Position numbers and translations under genes: made by a program
Shown: one piece after another, positions 50,145 through 59,045 of the stretch
Numbering within the stretch: the first letter of the stretch is position 1
Layout: the number at the start of each line of letters is the position of its first letter
The notes under the pieces: generated by a model
The model's database searches: none
Told to the model about the DNA's origin: nothing
What the model saw: the letters and a program-made list of their open reading frames with translations, nothing else
NCBI GenBank assembly: GCA_937934295.1
Contig: CALHAI010000013.1
Span: 5,865 to 69,864 of the forward strand
Direction: 5' to 3'
Origin: an uncultured Blastocatellia bacterium
GTDB taxonomy: Bacteria; Acidobacteriota; Blastocatellia; HR10
DNA: 64,000 nucleotides

Positions 50145-51410
50145 TTGGCGATGGCGCGCGCGCGATGGGCTGTCTTGATCCTGACGATCGCCACGCTTGT
50201 TGGATCCGGCGCTGATTGGACGCGCGCCGAGCAGAAGAAGGATTCCTGCGTCGAATGTCACGCGGCTTTGGAAGGATCGCTCGCGGCTCCCGTCGAGGCG
50301 ATGCGAGAGGATATCCACCGAGCGCGCGGGTTTTCCTGCGCCGATTGTCACGGCGGGGATCCTTCGCGCGATGACCCTCTGGAGTCTATGGACCCGAAGA
50401 AGGGGTTCCTCGCACGGCCGTCACCGCGCGCGATCCCAGCGCTCTGTGGCCGCTGCCACAGTGATGCCGAATTCATGAAACGATACAATCCCGCCCTGCG
50501 CGTAGATCAAGAGCGGGAGTACTTCACGAGCGTTCACGGGAAGCGGCTTCGAGCCGGAGATACGCGCGTGGCGACCTGCACGAGCTGTCACGGGGCGCAT
50601 GGGATTCGCCCCGCCCACCACCCGCTCTCTCCCGTCTACTCCCTCCGCGTGGCCGAGACGTGCGCGCGCTGTCATGCTGATGTCGCGTACATGAAGGGAT
50701 ATCGAATCCCCTCCGACCAGTACGAGCGGTACAAGCGGAGCGTCCACGCGCGTGCGCTCTACGAGCGGCAGGACCTCTCGGCGCCGACCTGCAACGATTG
50801 TCATGGGAATCACGGAGCGGTGCCGCCCGGCGTCGCCTCGGTCGCGCATGTCTGCGGGCAATGTCATGTGCGGCAGTCCACGCTCTTTCAAGCGAGCCCG
50901 CATAAGGCGGCTTTCGATGTCATGCGATTGGCCGAATGCGTGTACTGCCACGGGAATCACGATGTCCCCTCTCCCACGGACGAAATGATTGGGACGGGAG
51001 AGAAATCCGTGTGCCTCTCCTGCCATCCGCCGGGAGATGTGGGGTATCAGGCGGCCGAGCGCATGCGCGCCATGTTGGACGAGCTCTCGCGCAATCTGGA
51101 GCGTGCCCAGGCGATCTTGGACCGTGCCGAACGGGCGGGCATGGAGGTGAGCCGGGCGAAGTTCGAACTGAACGAAGCGCGCGACGCGCTCACGCATGCG
51201 CGCGTGCTCATCCATGCCTTCTCAGTGAAGGAGTTGGAGAACGTCATCCGCCCGGGCCTGGAGGTCGCCCAGCGTGGGTATCACGCTGGGGAGCGTGCCC
51301 TCGCGGAGTTGAACTATCGGCGCAAGGGACTCGCCGTGTCGCTGCTGTTCATCCTCTTCCTCGCCTTCCTGCTCTATTTGAAGGTTCGAGAGATTGAAGG
51401 AACCAGATGA
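50145..51410 (+). CDS. nonaheme c-type cytochrome with a C-terminal transmembrane anchor
   Basis: Signal peptide. Nine CxxCH motifs (CVECH, CADCH, CGRCH, CTSCH, CARCH, CNDCH, CGQCH, CVYCH, CLSCH). C-terminal helix [17 protein letters not shown]. Immediately downstream of Rieske/cyt b. Confidence 0.7.
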   Translation: MAMARARWAVLILTIATLVGSGADWTRAEQKKDSCVECHAALEGSLAAPVEAMREDIHRARGFSCADCHGGDPSRDDPLESMDPKKGFLARPSPRAIPALCGRCHSDAEFMKRYNPALRVDQEREYFTSVHGKRLRAGDTRVATCTSCHGAHGIRPAHHPLSPVYSLRVAETCARCHADVAYMKGYRIPSDQYERYKRSVHARALYERQDLSAPTCNDCHGNHGAVPPGVASVAHVCGQCHVRQSTLFQASPHKAAFDVMRLAECVYCHGNHDVPSPTDEMIGTGEKSVCLSCHPPGDVGYQAAERMRAMLDELSRNLERAQAILDRAERAGMEVSRAKFELNEARDALTHARVLIHAFSVKELENVIRPGLEVAQRGYHAGERALAELNYRRKGLAVSLLFILFLAFLLYLKVREIEGTR

Positions 51411-51413
51411 ACC

Positions 51414-52247
51414 TCACTTCACTCGTATGAGCGTTGAGCTGGCACGGAACAGCTCCTCTTCCGGAAGCGCGAGGACCTCATCGGCTAAGAGCGCCGTCCA
51501 GCTCGGCCATCGCCGTCCCGGCTCCAGCAGCACGTAGTTGTAGACGCGGTCATTGCGAATGAAGCGAACGAAGGGCGCGCCGTGAAATCCAAGCGTCCCT
51601 CGACCGGGCGTCGCCCCGACAAGCACCATTACGGCATCGATCACGCAACCGGCATCCTCCGGGAGGATCACCTGCGTCCCCCAGGCTTCGGCGAAATCGA
51701 GGAAGGTCGAGCGGAAGTGTTCGACAAGGCGCGCGCCGAAGACCAGTCCGCCGCACCGCTCGCCGTGGAAATTCTCCGCCTGAAGGAGCAGCGATTCCAG
51801 GAGCGCCTGACGGTTGGCCGGCCGCCCGATCTGCTCGTTGCGCGCCGCGTAGATCGCGTCGCGGCTGCGAAAATACGGCTTCACGTCCACAACGGGCGTG
51901 CCATCTACGAGATCCAACCGATCCAGGTATAGGCATGTTCCCTCGATCCGCTCGATTCGCGCAGCCGTCATGGCGATGGGATTCGGACGCGTGGGCGAGC
52001 GCACGGCGAAGACCCCGTGCAAGCCCACTTCGCTTTTGTCACTCACGCCGCGCGGCGTCACCAGCAGCCGCGTGCGATCGGCTTCATGCAACCACGCCAG
52101 AATCCATACGTGCGTGTGCTTTTCCAGATGCCGCAGCCCCTCGGCGAACTCTGGGAAGATCTCGACCCGAGCGGGGACGCCGAACGTCGGCATCGCGTGC
52201 CGATCGGCGATCGGACTCCGTACGATGCCAATGGGCGTGAGCACCAT
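51414..52247 (-). CDS. tRNA (adenine37-N6)-methyltransferase TrmO/TsaA family protein with a C-terminal extension
   Basis: LTPIGIVRSP...EVGLHGVFAVRSPTRPNPIAMT...DGTPVVDVKPY is the TrmO (YaeB) signature. ATG at 52247 with a GAGGAG RBS, 19 nt after the nrdJ stop. Confidence 0.65.
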   Translation of the reverse strand: MVLTPIGIVRSPIADRHAMPTFGVPARVEIFPEFAEGLRHLEKHTHVWILAWLHEADRTRLLVTPRGVSDKSEVGLHGVFAVRSPTRPNPIAMTAARIERIEGTCLYLDRLDLVDGTPVVDVKPYFRSRDAIYAARNEQIGRPANRQALLESLLLQAENFHGERCGGLVFGARLVEHFRSTFLDFAEAWGTQVILPEDAGCVIDAVMVLVGATPGRGTLGFHGAPFVRFIRNDRVYNYVLLEPGRRWPSWTALLADEVLALPEEELFRASSTLIRVK

Positions 52248-52266
52248 GGGCGCGCTCCTCGCGCGC

Positions 52267-54048
52267 TCAGACGCGACACTCTTCAGGATCGCATCGGGAG
52301 GCGTGGTCATAGTGATGCGCTTCCTCATCAAGGCCAAGCTCCAATACCTGCGCCGATTTGCTGCCGTAGCGGTAAATCGTGATCCCTTTCAATCCTAACT
52401 CCCACGCGCGCCAGTAGGCCCGCGCGACATCCTCGACCGTCGCATCCTCGGGCATGTTGATCGTCTTGGAGACCGAATTGTCCACGGCGCGCTGGAAAGC
52501 CGCTTGGATCTGGAGATGGCGGTCAGGGGAGATCTCCAGAGCCGTCACAAAGAGCCGTTTCAGCTCCTCGGGGACCTGGGCGATGTCGCGCAATCGTCCT
52601 TGCGCGAGAACGGCCTCCAGCACCTCGTCCGCTTTGAGCCCATAGCGCTCCAAGTATTCGAGGAAGAGCGGATTCACCTCATAGAGCGTTTGCCCACCGA
52701 GCACATGCGTGCGCCGATAGGCCAGAGCGAAGAGCGGCTCGATGCTCGCGCTCGTATCGGCGATGATGCTGATCGTCCCTGTCGGGGCGATGGCCGTGAG
52801 CGCGGCATTACGCACTCGCCGATTGCGCGCTTCGTGCACGCTCCCCTTCCAGTTCGGGAAGACGCCGCGCTCCTTGGCCAGCTCGGTTGACGTCGCGAGC
52901 GCTTCTTCGGCGATCACCCGCATCACCCGTTCGGCCAGGTCCACGGCATCGTCCGAATCATAGGAGAGGCCAAGCCGAATGAGCATCTCGGCGAACCCCA
53001 TCACGCCAAGGCCGATCTTCCGATTCCCACGCGTCACGCGCTCGATCTCCGGGATCGGATATCGGTTCACCTCGATGACGTCATCGAGAAAGCGCACAGC
53101 CTTTCGAACGGTCTCGCGCAGCTTCTCCCAATCCACCTCCGTTCGTCCCCCGCGCTCGCGCAGCATGTGCTTCAAGTTGATCGAGCCCAGGTTGCATGAT
53201 TCGTAAGGGAGCAAGGGGATCTCCCCGCACGGGTTCGTCGCCTCAATGGGGCCGAGCTGCGGCGTCGGATTCGCGCGGTTGATGGCGTCGAGGAAGAGCA
53301 GTCCGGGATCGCCCGTCTGCCACGCCGCGCGTGCGATCTCCTCGAAGACGCGCCGAGCGTTCAATCGGCCGACAGCGCGCCCGGTTCGTGGATTGATCAG
53401 TTCGTAGTCGTCGCCGCGGTGAGCCGCATCCATGAACGCATCGGTCACGGCGACGGAGATGTTGAAGTTCTGAAGTGCTCGTTCATCCCGCTTGGCCGCG
53501 ATGAACTCTAAGATGTCCGGATGGTCCACGCGCAAGACACCCATGTTCGCCCCGCGCCGTTTCCCCCCTTGCTTGATGTGCTCGGTCGCGCTGTCGAAGA
53601 TCTTCATGAAGGAGACCGGCCCTGAGGCCTCTCCACCCGTCGAAGCCACGACGTCTCCCTTCGGGCGCAAGCGGGAGAAGGAGAAACCCGTGCCCCCGCC
53701 CGTACGCTGCACGAGCGCCATCTGCTTCACAGCCTCGAAGATCTCTTCCATCGTATCTCCGACCGGAAGCACGAAACAGGCGCTCAATTGTCCAAGGGGC
53801 GTGCCGGCGTTCATCAACGTCGGGCTATTGGGTAGGAAATCGCGCGAGGTGAGCAGCTCATGAAAAGTCTCCTCCCATCGTCGGGCGCGCTCGGCCGTTC
53901 CTAACAAAAGCTCCGCCTCGGCGATCGCTCGCGCCACACGCGCGAAGAGTTCCTCAGGGGTCTCTATGAGATGACGCTCAGCATCTCGCCGCAGATAACG
54001 AGCTTCCAGAACGCGACGGGCATTCGGCGAAAGCGGCAACTCCACCAT
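52267..54048 (-). CDS. nrdJ: adenosylcobalamin-dependent ribonucleotide reductase (class II)
   Basis: LSPNARRVLEARYLRRD...LPNSPTLMNAGTPLGQLSACFVLPVGDTMEEIFEAVKQMALVQRTGGGTGFSFSRLRPKGD matches class II RNR active-site and B12 regions. 593 aa. Confidence 0.8.
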   Translation of the reverse strand: MVELPLSPNARRVLEARYLRRDAERHLIETPEELFARVARAIAEAELLLGTAERARRWEETFHELLTSRDFLPNSPTLMNAGTPLGQLSACFVLPVGDTMEEIFEAVKQMALVQRTGGGTGFSFSRLRPKGDVVASTGGEASGPVSFMKIFDSATEHIKQGGKRRGANMGVLRVDHPDILEFIAAKRDERALQNFNISVAVTDAFMDAAHRGDDYELINPRTGRAVGRLNARRVFEEIARAAWQTGDPGLLFLDAINRANPTPQLGPIEATNPCGEIPLLPYESCNLGSINLKHMLRERGGRTEVDWEKLRETVRKAVRFLDDVIEVNRYPIPEIERVTRGNRKIGLGVMGFAEMLIRLGLSYDSDDAVDLAERVMRVIAEEALATSTELAKERGVFPNWKGSVHEARNRRVRNAALTAIAPTGTISIIADTSASIEPLFALAYRRTHVLGGQTLYEVNPLFLEYLERYGLKADEVLEAVLAQGRLRDIAQVPEELKRLFVTALEISPDRHLQIQAAFQRAVDNSVSKTINMPEDATVEDVARAYWRAWELGLKGITIYRYGSKSAQVLELGLDEEAHHYDHASRCDPEECRV

Positions 54049-54092
54049 GGCCTGTTTATCTTACCGCTTTCGCCCCTGACCGGCAATCAGCC

Positions 54093-54302
54093 TCATCCCT
54101 TCGCGCCGAGCCACTCGTTCAGCTCCCGAACGAGCCGTTCGAGGGCTGCCGCGTCATATCCCTTCTCCTGTGCGTTCTCCTCCAGCGTCCCCCATGCCGG
54201 TTCGCCGCATTCCAGGCATCGAATCCCCCTCTGCAGGAGGAACCGAACCGACTCCGGATACCGGGAGACCAGTTCCTCGATCGTGATGTCTTTCGTGACC
54301 AT
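54093..54302 (-). CDS. DUF1858 domain protein
   Basis: MVTKDITIEELVSRYPESVRFLLQRGIRCLECGEPAWGTLEENAQEKGYD matches the DUF1858 pattern (M.I.E...YPE....L...G..C..C......TLEE.A...G.D). Confidence 0.55.
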   Translation of the reverse strand: MVTKDITIEELVSRYPESVRFLLQRGIRCLECGEPAWGTLEENAQEKGYDAAALERLVRELNEWLGAKG

Positions 54303-54308
54303 GGCTGC

Positions 54309-55043
54309 TCACTTCTCCGGACCGATGGGGATTTTGATGCTCACCGCCCCCCGCAGATCGCCGGAGCGATACCCGGTCGCTCGGTCCTCGGGATATTTCT
54401 CAGCCAGGACCGCGCGCACCGAGAAGGGGATCATCTCCTTTGGTCCGTGACAGGTGATGCACATCGGACCGACGAGGATTGGCCTCATGTAGCGGAGATA
54501 CCGTCGGCTATCTTCGTACACGATGTCAAAGGATTCATCCGCGAGCGCTCGCACGCGATGTTGCTGCTCGAACTCTTCGAGCTTGCGTCGCTCGTACTCA
54601 TCGGGAATGTCCTTCGGATTGCGATACCGCAGGCTCACGCGCCGGATCGAAGCGCCCGTTCGCGCCTCGATCTCACGCGGGATCTCTTGCGCGATCTCCG
54701 AGCAGACGCGCACGGCGCCCTCGTATCCGCCCTTCTCCAGTTCCGCCATGAGGAGCCCTCGAACTTTCTCTAACAACTCGTCCGCAAGTCGCCGCGCTTG
54801 GCGAAGTGCGGATTCCACGGATTCCTTCTGCCCCTGTGGCTCATCAGAATAAACGCGCAGGGAGATCGCACTCATCCAAGCGAAGAGTCCCATCACGATG
54901 ATGAGAGCACAGCGCTTCGCCATTCGCAGATTCCTCCCCCTCACGGATGTCTGGCGCTTTCCTAGGGTGCGTACGAATGAAGCGAGCACGCTCGAAAAGT
55001 CCGGCGGGGGAGTGTCTTTCCCCCCCCGCCGCGCTGCGCTCAC
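54309..55043 (-). CDS. DUF3365-like c-type haem (single CxxCH) sensor-domain protein, secreted or anchored
   Basis: N-terminal hydrophobic segment. Single CITCHGPKE near the C-terminus in a DUF3365-like context (Y.RPI...CITCHG). Confidence 0.45.
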   Translation of the reverse strand: MSAARRGGKDTPPPDFSSVLASFVRTLGKRQTSVRGRNLRMAKRCALIIVMGLFAWMSAISLRVYSDEPQGQKESVESALRQARRLADELLEKVRGLLMAELEKGGYEGAVRVCSEIAQEIPREIEARTGASIRRVSLRYRNPKDIPDEYERRKLEEFEQQHRVRALADESFDIVYEDSRRYLRYMRPILVGPMCITCHGPKEMIPFSVRAVLAEKYPEDRATGYRSGDLRGAVSIKIPIGPEK

Positions 55044-55495
55044 TTCACCTTCAGCCTGAGCTCCTTACGCTTGGCCTCCTCGGCCTTGGGCAATCGAATC
55101 TCTAGGATCCCGTCCTTATACGTCGCTTCCGCCTTCTCGATGTTCACCTTCACAGGCAGGTCGATTGTGCGCGAGAATCGGCCGTACATCCGCTCAGCGC
55201 AGTAGTAGTCGGCCTCCTTCACTTCCTCCTCGCGCTTGATCTCGCCGGAGAGCGTGAGCGCGTCCTCGGTCAGCTCGATGTTGATGTCCTCTCGATTCAT
55301 CCCCGGCAATTCGGCCTTGAGCACGATCTCATCGTCCTTCTCGTACATATCCACGGCGGGCGCGAAGACGCGCGTGATCTCTCGCGCCCGGCGTGGAGCC
55401 GGGAATTCCCGCTCGAAGATCTCGTCGAAGAGACGATCGATCTCTCGTCGAAACATCTCCCATTCGCGGAATGGTCTCCATCGAACGAGCGCCAT
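55040..55495 (-). CDS. Hsp20/alpha-crystallin family small heat-shock protein
   Basis: MALVRWRPFREWEMFRREIDRLFDEI...VDMYEKDDEIVLKAELPGMNREDINIELTEDALTLSGE...GILEIRLPKAE. AGGAGG RBS. Confidence 0.8.
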   Translation of the reverse strand: MALVRWRPFREWEMFRREIDRLFDEIFEREFPAPRRAREITRVFAPAVDMYEKDDEIVLKAELPGMNREDINIELTEDALTLSGEIKREEEVKEADYYCAERMYGRFSRTIDLPVKVNIEKAEATYKDGILEIRLPKAEEAKRKELRLKVK

Positions 55496-55957
55496 AGGCA
55501 TTGCCCTCCTTATCTTATCTTTGAGGCCCGTCCCTTCAGGGCCAGATCCGGAGCTGGAATGTTCGCGCTCCGGAACGCCATGTTCAAGAGTGATGCCCCC
55601 CATCCGCGCTCCTTCGCCGGCTGCTTGGCACGTCCGCTGGAGCCGCGCAGTGGGTTTGAATCCGCCGGGCTCATCGCTCGTGAGGCGGACGCGCGCGCCC
55701 TTCCCGATGTTCGGGACCCATTTGGCCGCTCACCGCAATATCGGGCGCGTCGGAGGCCCATGGCGCGGCCGGCGCCCCGGCCGCTGTTCCGGGAAAGCGA
55801 ACGACGCAGCGCCGCCCACAAAGAAAAGATCAGCACGATCGTGTCCATCCTCGAGGAACCTTTCGCTCGCACATCCACCTCCTTTAGGGGAAGAGTATAC
55901 ACTGTCCTTCAAACCTCGGTCAACGTCACTTTGAGCGTCAGTCGAAAGTCTCCACCG

Positions 55958-55987
55958 TTGCTTCATTTTCTCCTTGTGGCCTAAAAT
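55958..55987 (+). promoter_or_regulatory. sigma-70-like promoter candidate (TTGCTT-18 nt-TAAAAT) for the DUF2934/ACD gene
   Basis: -35 TTGCTT at 55958-55963, -10 TAAAAT at 55982-55987, about 22 nt upstream of the ATG at 56010 (RBS AGGGAGGAG). Confidence 0.3.
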
Positions 55988-56009
55988 TGTGTACAGGGAG
56001 GAGATCGAA

Positions 56010-56513
56010 ATGGCTGTCGTTCGCGTTCATCCGTATTCGTCACCCATCCGCCAGGAGGCCGATCGGATTCGGGCTCGAATCGCCGAGCGGGCATACGAGT
56101 TGGCTGCACGGCGCGGATACGCGCCGGGACATGAATTGGACGATTGGCTGATGGCCGAGGGCCAACTGGTCTGGAAGCCAGAGCTGCGCTTGGAGGAGCA
56201 TCCGCACGAATTCGTCTTGAAATTCCGACTCCCCGGAGTACGAGCCGCAGACGTGTGCCTCTTGACCGAGGCCGAGCGCGTCCTCCTTCTCGGAGAAGCG
56301 CGCCTCGAGAGCGTCGCCGAAGACGTGCGCATCCACAGCGATGAATTCCGCTATGGACCCATCTTCCGCGAAGTGTGGCTCCCGCAACCCGTGGATCCAA
56401 CGCGCGCGAGAGCCCGTTTGAGCGAGGGCGTGCTCACGGTGACGCTCCCCAGGCCCAAAGCCGAGCGGCCCCTTCCTCGCCCGAAACGCTCGCGTCGGGA
56501 GAGCGCGACCTAG
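56010..56513 (+). CDS. DUF2934 domain fused to an Hsp20-like alpha-crystallin domain
   Basis: N-terminal IRARIAERAYELAARRGYAPGHELDDWLMAE (DUF2934-like). C-terminal FVLKFRLPGVRAADVCLLTEAERVLLLGE...GVLTVTLPRP is an ACD-like beta-sandwich. Confidence 0.45.
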   Translation: MAVVRVHPYSSPIRQEADRIRARIAERAYELAARRGYAPGHELDDWLMAEGQLVWKPELRLEEHPHEFVLKFRLPGVRAADVCLLTEAERVLLLGEARLESVAEDVRIHSDEFRYGPIFREVWLPQPVDPTRARARLSEGVLTVTLPRPKAERPLPRPKRSRRESAT

Positions 56514-56523
56514 GAGGAGTATT

Positions 56524-56829
56524 ATGGCGCTTGTCGAAGTCAGCGTCGTTCCCGTCGGGACCGGGACGCCGAGTCTCGGCGATCATATCGCCGCGGCCGT
56601 TCGCGTGCTGGAGAAAGCCGGGGTCTCCTATGAGATCTCCCCCATGGGGACGCTGTTTGAGGGGGAACTCAAAGACATCTTCTCGCTCGCCCGCAAGATG
56701 CACGACGCGGTCTTTCGTCACGGCGCACAACGCGTCATCACGACGATCATCATTGACGATCGTCGGGACAAGAGCGCGACGATGCGCAGCAAGGTCGCGT
56801 CGGTCAAAAGGCGGCTCGCGCGACAGTAA
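56524..56829 (+). CDS. MTH1187/YkoF family protein (DUF77; thiamine-binding fold)
   Basis: VEVSVVPVGTGTPSLGDHIAAAVRVLEKAGVSYEISPMGTLFEGE is typical of MTH1187/YkoF. Confidence 0.65.
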   Translation: MALVEVSVVPVGTGTPSLGDHIAAAVRVLEKAGVSYEISPMGTLFEGELKDIFSLARKMHDAVFRHGAQRVITTIIIDDRRDKSATMRSKVASVKRRLARQ

Positions 56830-56869
56830 GAACCCTTGCCCTTCAGGCACGCGCGTGGCGACATCTGAG

Positions 56870-56889
56870 CGCGGAGGATATCCTCCGCG
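56870..56889. repeat. 20-bp perfect palindrome CGCGGAGGATATCCTCCGCG
   Basis: Exact reverse-complement symmetry about 40 nt downstream of the MTH1187 gene stop. No adjacent T-tract. Confidence 0.5.
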
Positions 56890-57243
56890 ATCGTGAGACC
56901 GCTTATCGCATACTCTCACACCACGCGATCCGGAACTTCCCAACGAGAACCTCTCAGCGATCCGATGGAGTATCGGGTTGCAGGCCGATCTATCCGAAAT
57001 CTGTAAAGGGATGAGACGACCCATCATATCCCCTTCGCACTGTTCTCCGTGACTGTCTGTCAAGCGTGTTGGGGAATCGCGATGAGAATGCGAGAGAGGG
57101 GACCGTACGTCGGTCAGCCCCGCCGGTGATCACCGATCCGCCTGAAGAGCACCCCCCACAATGCCTCTGCGCATTGCCGATCTCCTCGTTCGGAGGGTAA
57201 ACTGAGAGTTTCATCAATTCTCGATGAGGGAGGAAATCGCGCA

Positions 57244-57825
57244 ATGGCATACGCGGCGAAGAACTACGAACACCTGTTGGGCATGGATGGGTTCAGCGAT
57301 CAACTCTTGAGGAATCATTTCGCCTTGTATCAAGGCTACGTGATCAACACGAACAAGCTGGTTGAGGCGCTCCGTGAGCTGGAGAAAACCGGAAAGGCGG
57401 GGACACTCGAATATGCGGAATTGAAGCGGCGCTTCGGCTGGGAATTTAACGGCATGCGGCTTCATGAGTTGTATTTCGATAACTTGACCCGAACGCCGGA
57501 GCCGCTTGAGGCGAATGCTCCCCTGGCGCGATTGATTCGCGAGCAATACGGATCGTTCGAAGCGTGGCGAGACGATTTCAAAGCGGCTGGGACCATGCGC
57601 GGGATCGGATGGGTCGTGCTCTATCACGATCCGGTCTCCGGTCGGCTCTTCAACGTGTGGATCAACGAGCATGATCTTGGCCATCTGGCCGGATGCACAC
57701 CGCTTCTCATCATGGATGTCTTCGAGCACGCCTATATGCTCGATTATGGGCTGAGGAAGGCGGACTACATCGAGGCGTTCGTCCAAAACATCAACTGGGA
57801 GGTCGTGGCGGCGCGCTTGAAGTGA
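57244..57825 (+). CDS. Fe/Mn superoxide dismutase family protein
   Basis: C-terminal DVFEHAYMLDY (D...H ligands) and GIGWVVL. The N-terminal HH.KHH motif is degenerate (RNHFALYQGYV). Confidence 0.65.
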   Translation: MAYAAKNYEHLLGMDGFSDQLLRNHFALYQGYVINTNKLVEALRELEKTGKAGTLEYAELKRRFGWEFNGMRLHELYFDNLTRTPEPLEANAPLARLIREQYGSFEAWRDDFKAAGTMRGIGWVVLYHDPVSGRLFNVWINEHDLGHLAGCTPLLIMDVFEHAYMLDYGLRKADYIEAFVQNINWEVVAARLK

Positions 57826-57921
57826 GCGAACGCGCGGCCTGATCGGGGGAGTCAGGAGGGCGACACGGCGAGCGAAGGAACGCGCGTCTCCGCACGAGCG
57901 CGGCAAGGAAGGGATCGCGGA

Positions 57922-58677
57922 TCAGGAGAGCGCGGCCCGCGCCATCTCCTCGGCCGGGATGTCAAAGTTCGCCGAGACGCGCTGCACATCATCGTGCTCT
58001 TCGAGCGCGTCCATGAGCTTCAGCATCAGGGCGGCGTCCTTTCCCTCCAAGCGCACGGAGGATTGTGGGATCATCGTGATCTGAGCTGTGAGCGGCTGAA
58101 TCCCCGCTTGCTTGACCTGCTCCAGGACGCGGTCGAAATCCTCCGGCGCGGTGAGGATCTCGTAATTCCCCTCATCATCTACGCGCACGTCTTCGGCCCC
58201 CGCCTCCAGCGCGAGATCGAAGATCGCGTCCTCGGAGAGGATGCCTTTCTCGACGGCGATATAGCCCTTCTTCTGGAACATCCAGGCGACGCAGCCGCTC
58301 TCGCCCAAGTTCCCACCATATCGGGAGAAGATATGCCGCAACTCGGAGACGGTCCGATTCCGGTTACTCGTGAGCGCTTCGACCAGGACGGCGACGCCGC
58401 CGGGGCCATATCCCTCATAAATCGCCTCCTCGTATTGTTCGCCGGCGATCTTCCCCGTGCCGCGATCAATGGCCCGTTGGATGGTCTCCTGCGGCATATT
58501 ATTGGCCTTCGCTTCGGCGATCGCCTTCCGCAAGCGTGGATTCGCCTCCGGATCCCCGCCACCCAGCCGGGCCGCGACGCTGATCTCACGGATCAGCTTG
58601 CTGAAGAGCTTCCCCCGCTTGGCGTCGGCGGCGAGCTTCTTATGTTTGATTTGGTGCCACTTCGAATGTCCCGACAT
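57922..58677 (-). CDS. yebC: YebC/PmpR family DNA-binding transcriptional regulator
   Basis: [62 protein letters not shown]. Confidence 0.85.
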   Translation of the reverse strand: MSGHSKWHQIKHKKLAADAKRGKLFSKLIREISVAARLGGGDPEANPRLRKAIAEAKANNMPQETIQRAIDRGTGKIAGEQYEEAIYEGYGPGGVAVLVEALTSNRNRTVSELRHIFSRYGGNLGESGCVAWMFQKKGYIAVEKGILSEDAIFDLALEAGAEDVRVDDEGNYEILTAPEDFDRVLEQVKQAGIQPLTAQITMIPQSSVRLEGKDAALMLKLMDALEEHDDVQRVSANFDIPAEEMARAALS

Positions 58678-58777
58678 CAGTCCATCCCCTGGTTCGAGGT
58701 CTTCTCGGACGAGGTTCCCTCGTCGGGATTTTTAATCATATCATGGTCTGCAAATGAGCGCCAAGCGCCTCTCTCGG

Positions 58778-58912
58778 CTACTTCGGAGCGAACTTCCGGT
58801 AGAGAGCATAGGCCACGAGAAACGAGATGAGGAAGATCAAAGCCGGCACCACGATCCCCCAGAACACGCTCTGCGGTCGCGCCAGCTCCAAAAGGAGCAC
58901 CCCTTCAGGCAT
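58778..58912 (-). CDS. small single-TM protein (44 aa), not in the ORF track
   Basis: MPEGVLLLELARPQSVFWGIVVPALIFLISFLVAYALYRKFAPK. ATG overlaps the TGA of the upstream small gene (ATGCCTGA). Confidence 0.35.
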   Translation of the reverse strand: MPEGVLLLELARPQSVFWGIVVPALIFLISFLVAYALYRKFAPK

Positions 58913-59045
58913 GATCTCCCTCCTTCCTCGCCCGGGCGCGTTCGCGTTGTCGTCGGCGATAAGAGATATAAGCGAAGAGCATTCCCAGAGACGAGGCCAC
59001 GTAGGCGATGGAGAGACCGATCAGCACCGAAAGCCCCTCGTTCAT
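58905..59045 (-). CDS. small single-TM protein (46 aa), not in the ORF track
   Basis: MNEGLSVLIGLSIAYVASSLGMLFAYISYRRRQRERARARKEGDHA. GGGAGGAGG RBS. ATG overlaps the transporter TGA (ATGA). Confidence 0.35.
   Translation of the reverse strand: MNEGLSVLIGLSIAYVASSLGMLFAYISYRRRQRERARARKEGDHA

Noticed and set aside
55632-55650. TTGGCACG (perfect sigma-54 -24 element)
   Set aside because: The -12 position reads CTGGA instead of TTGCW and the spacing is off. It is 350 nt from the nearest start. Not counted as a promoter.
55640-55680. tRNA T-arm-like string GGGTTTGAATCC
   Set aside because: Flanking bases cannot form the 5-bp T-stem, acceptor stem or any cloverleaf. This is chance resemblance.
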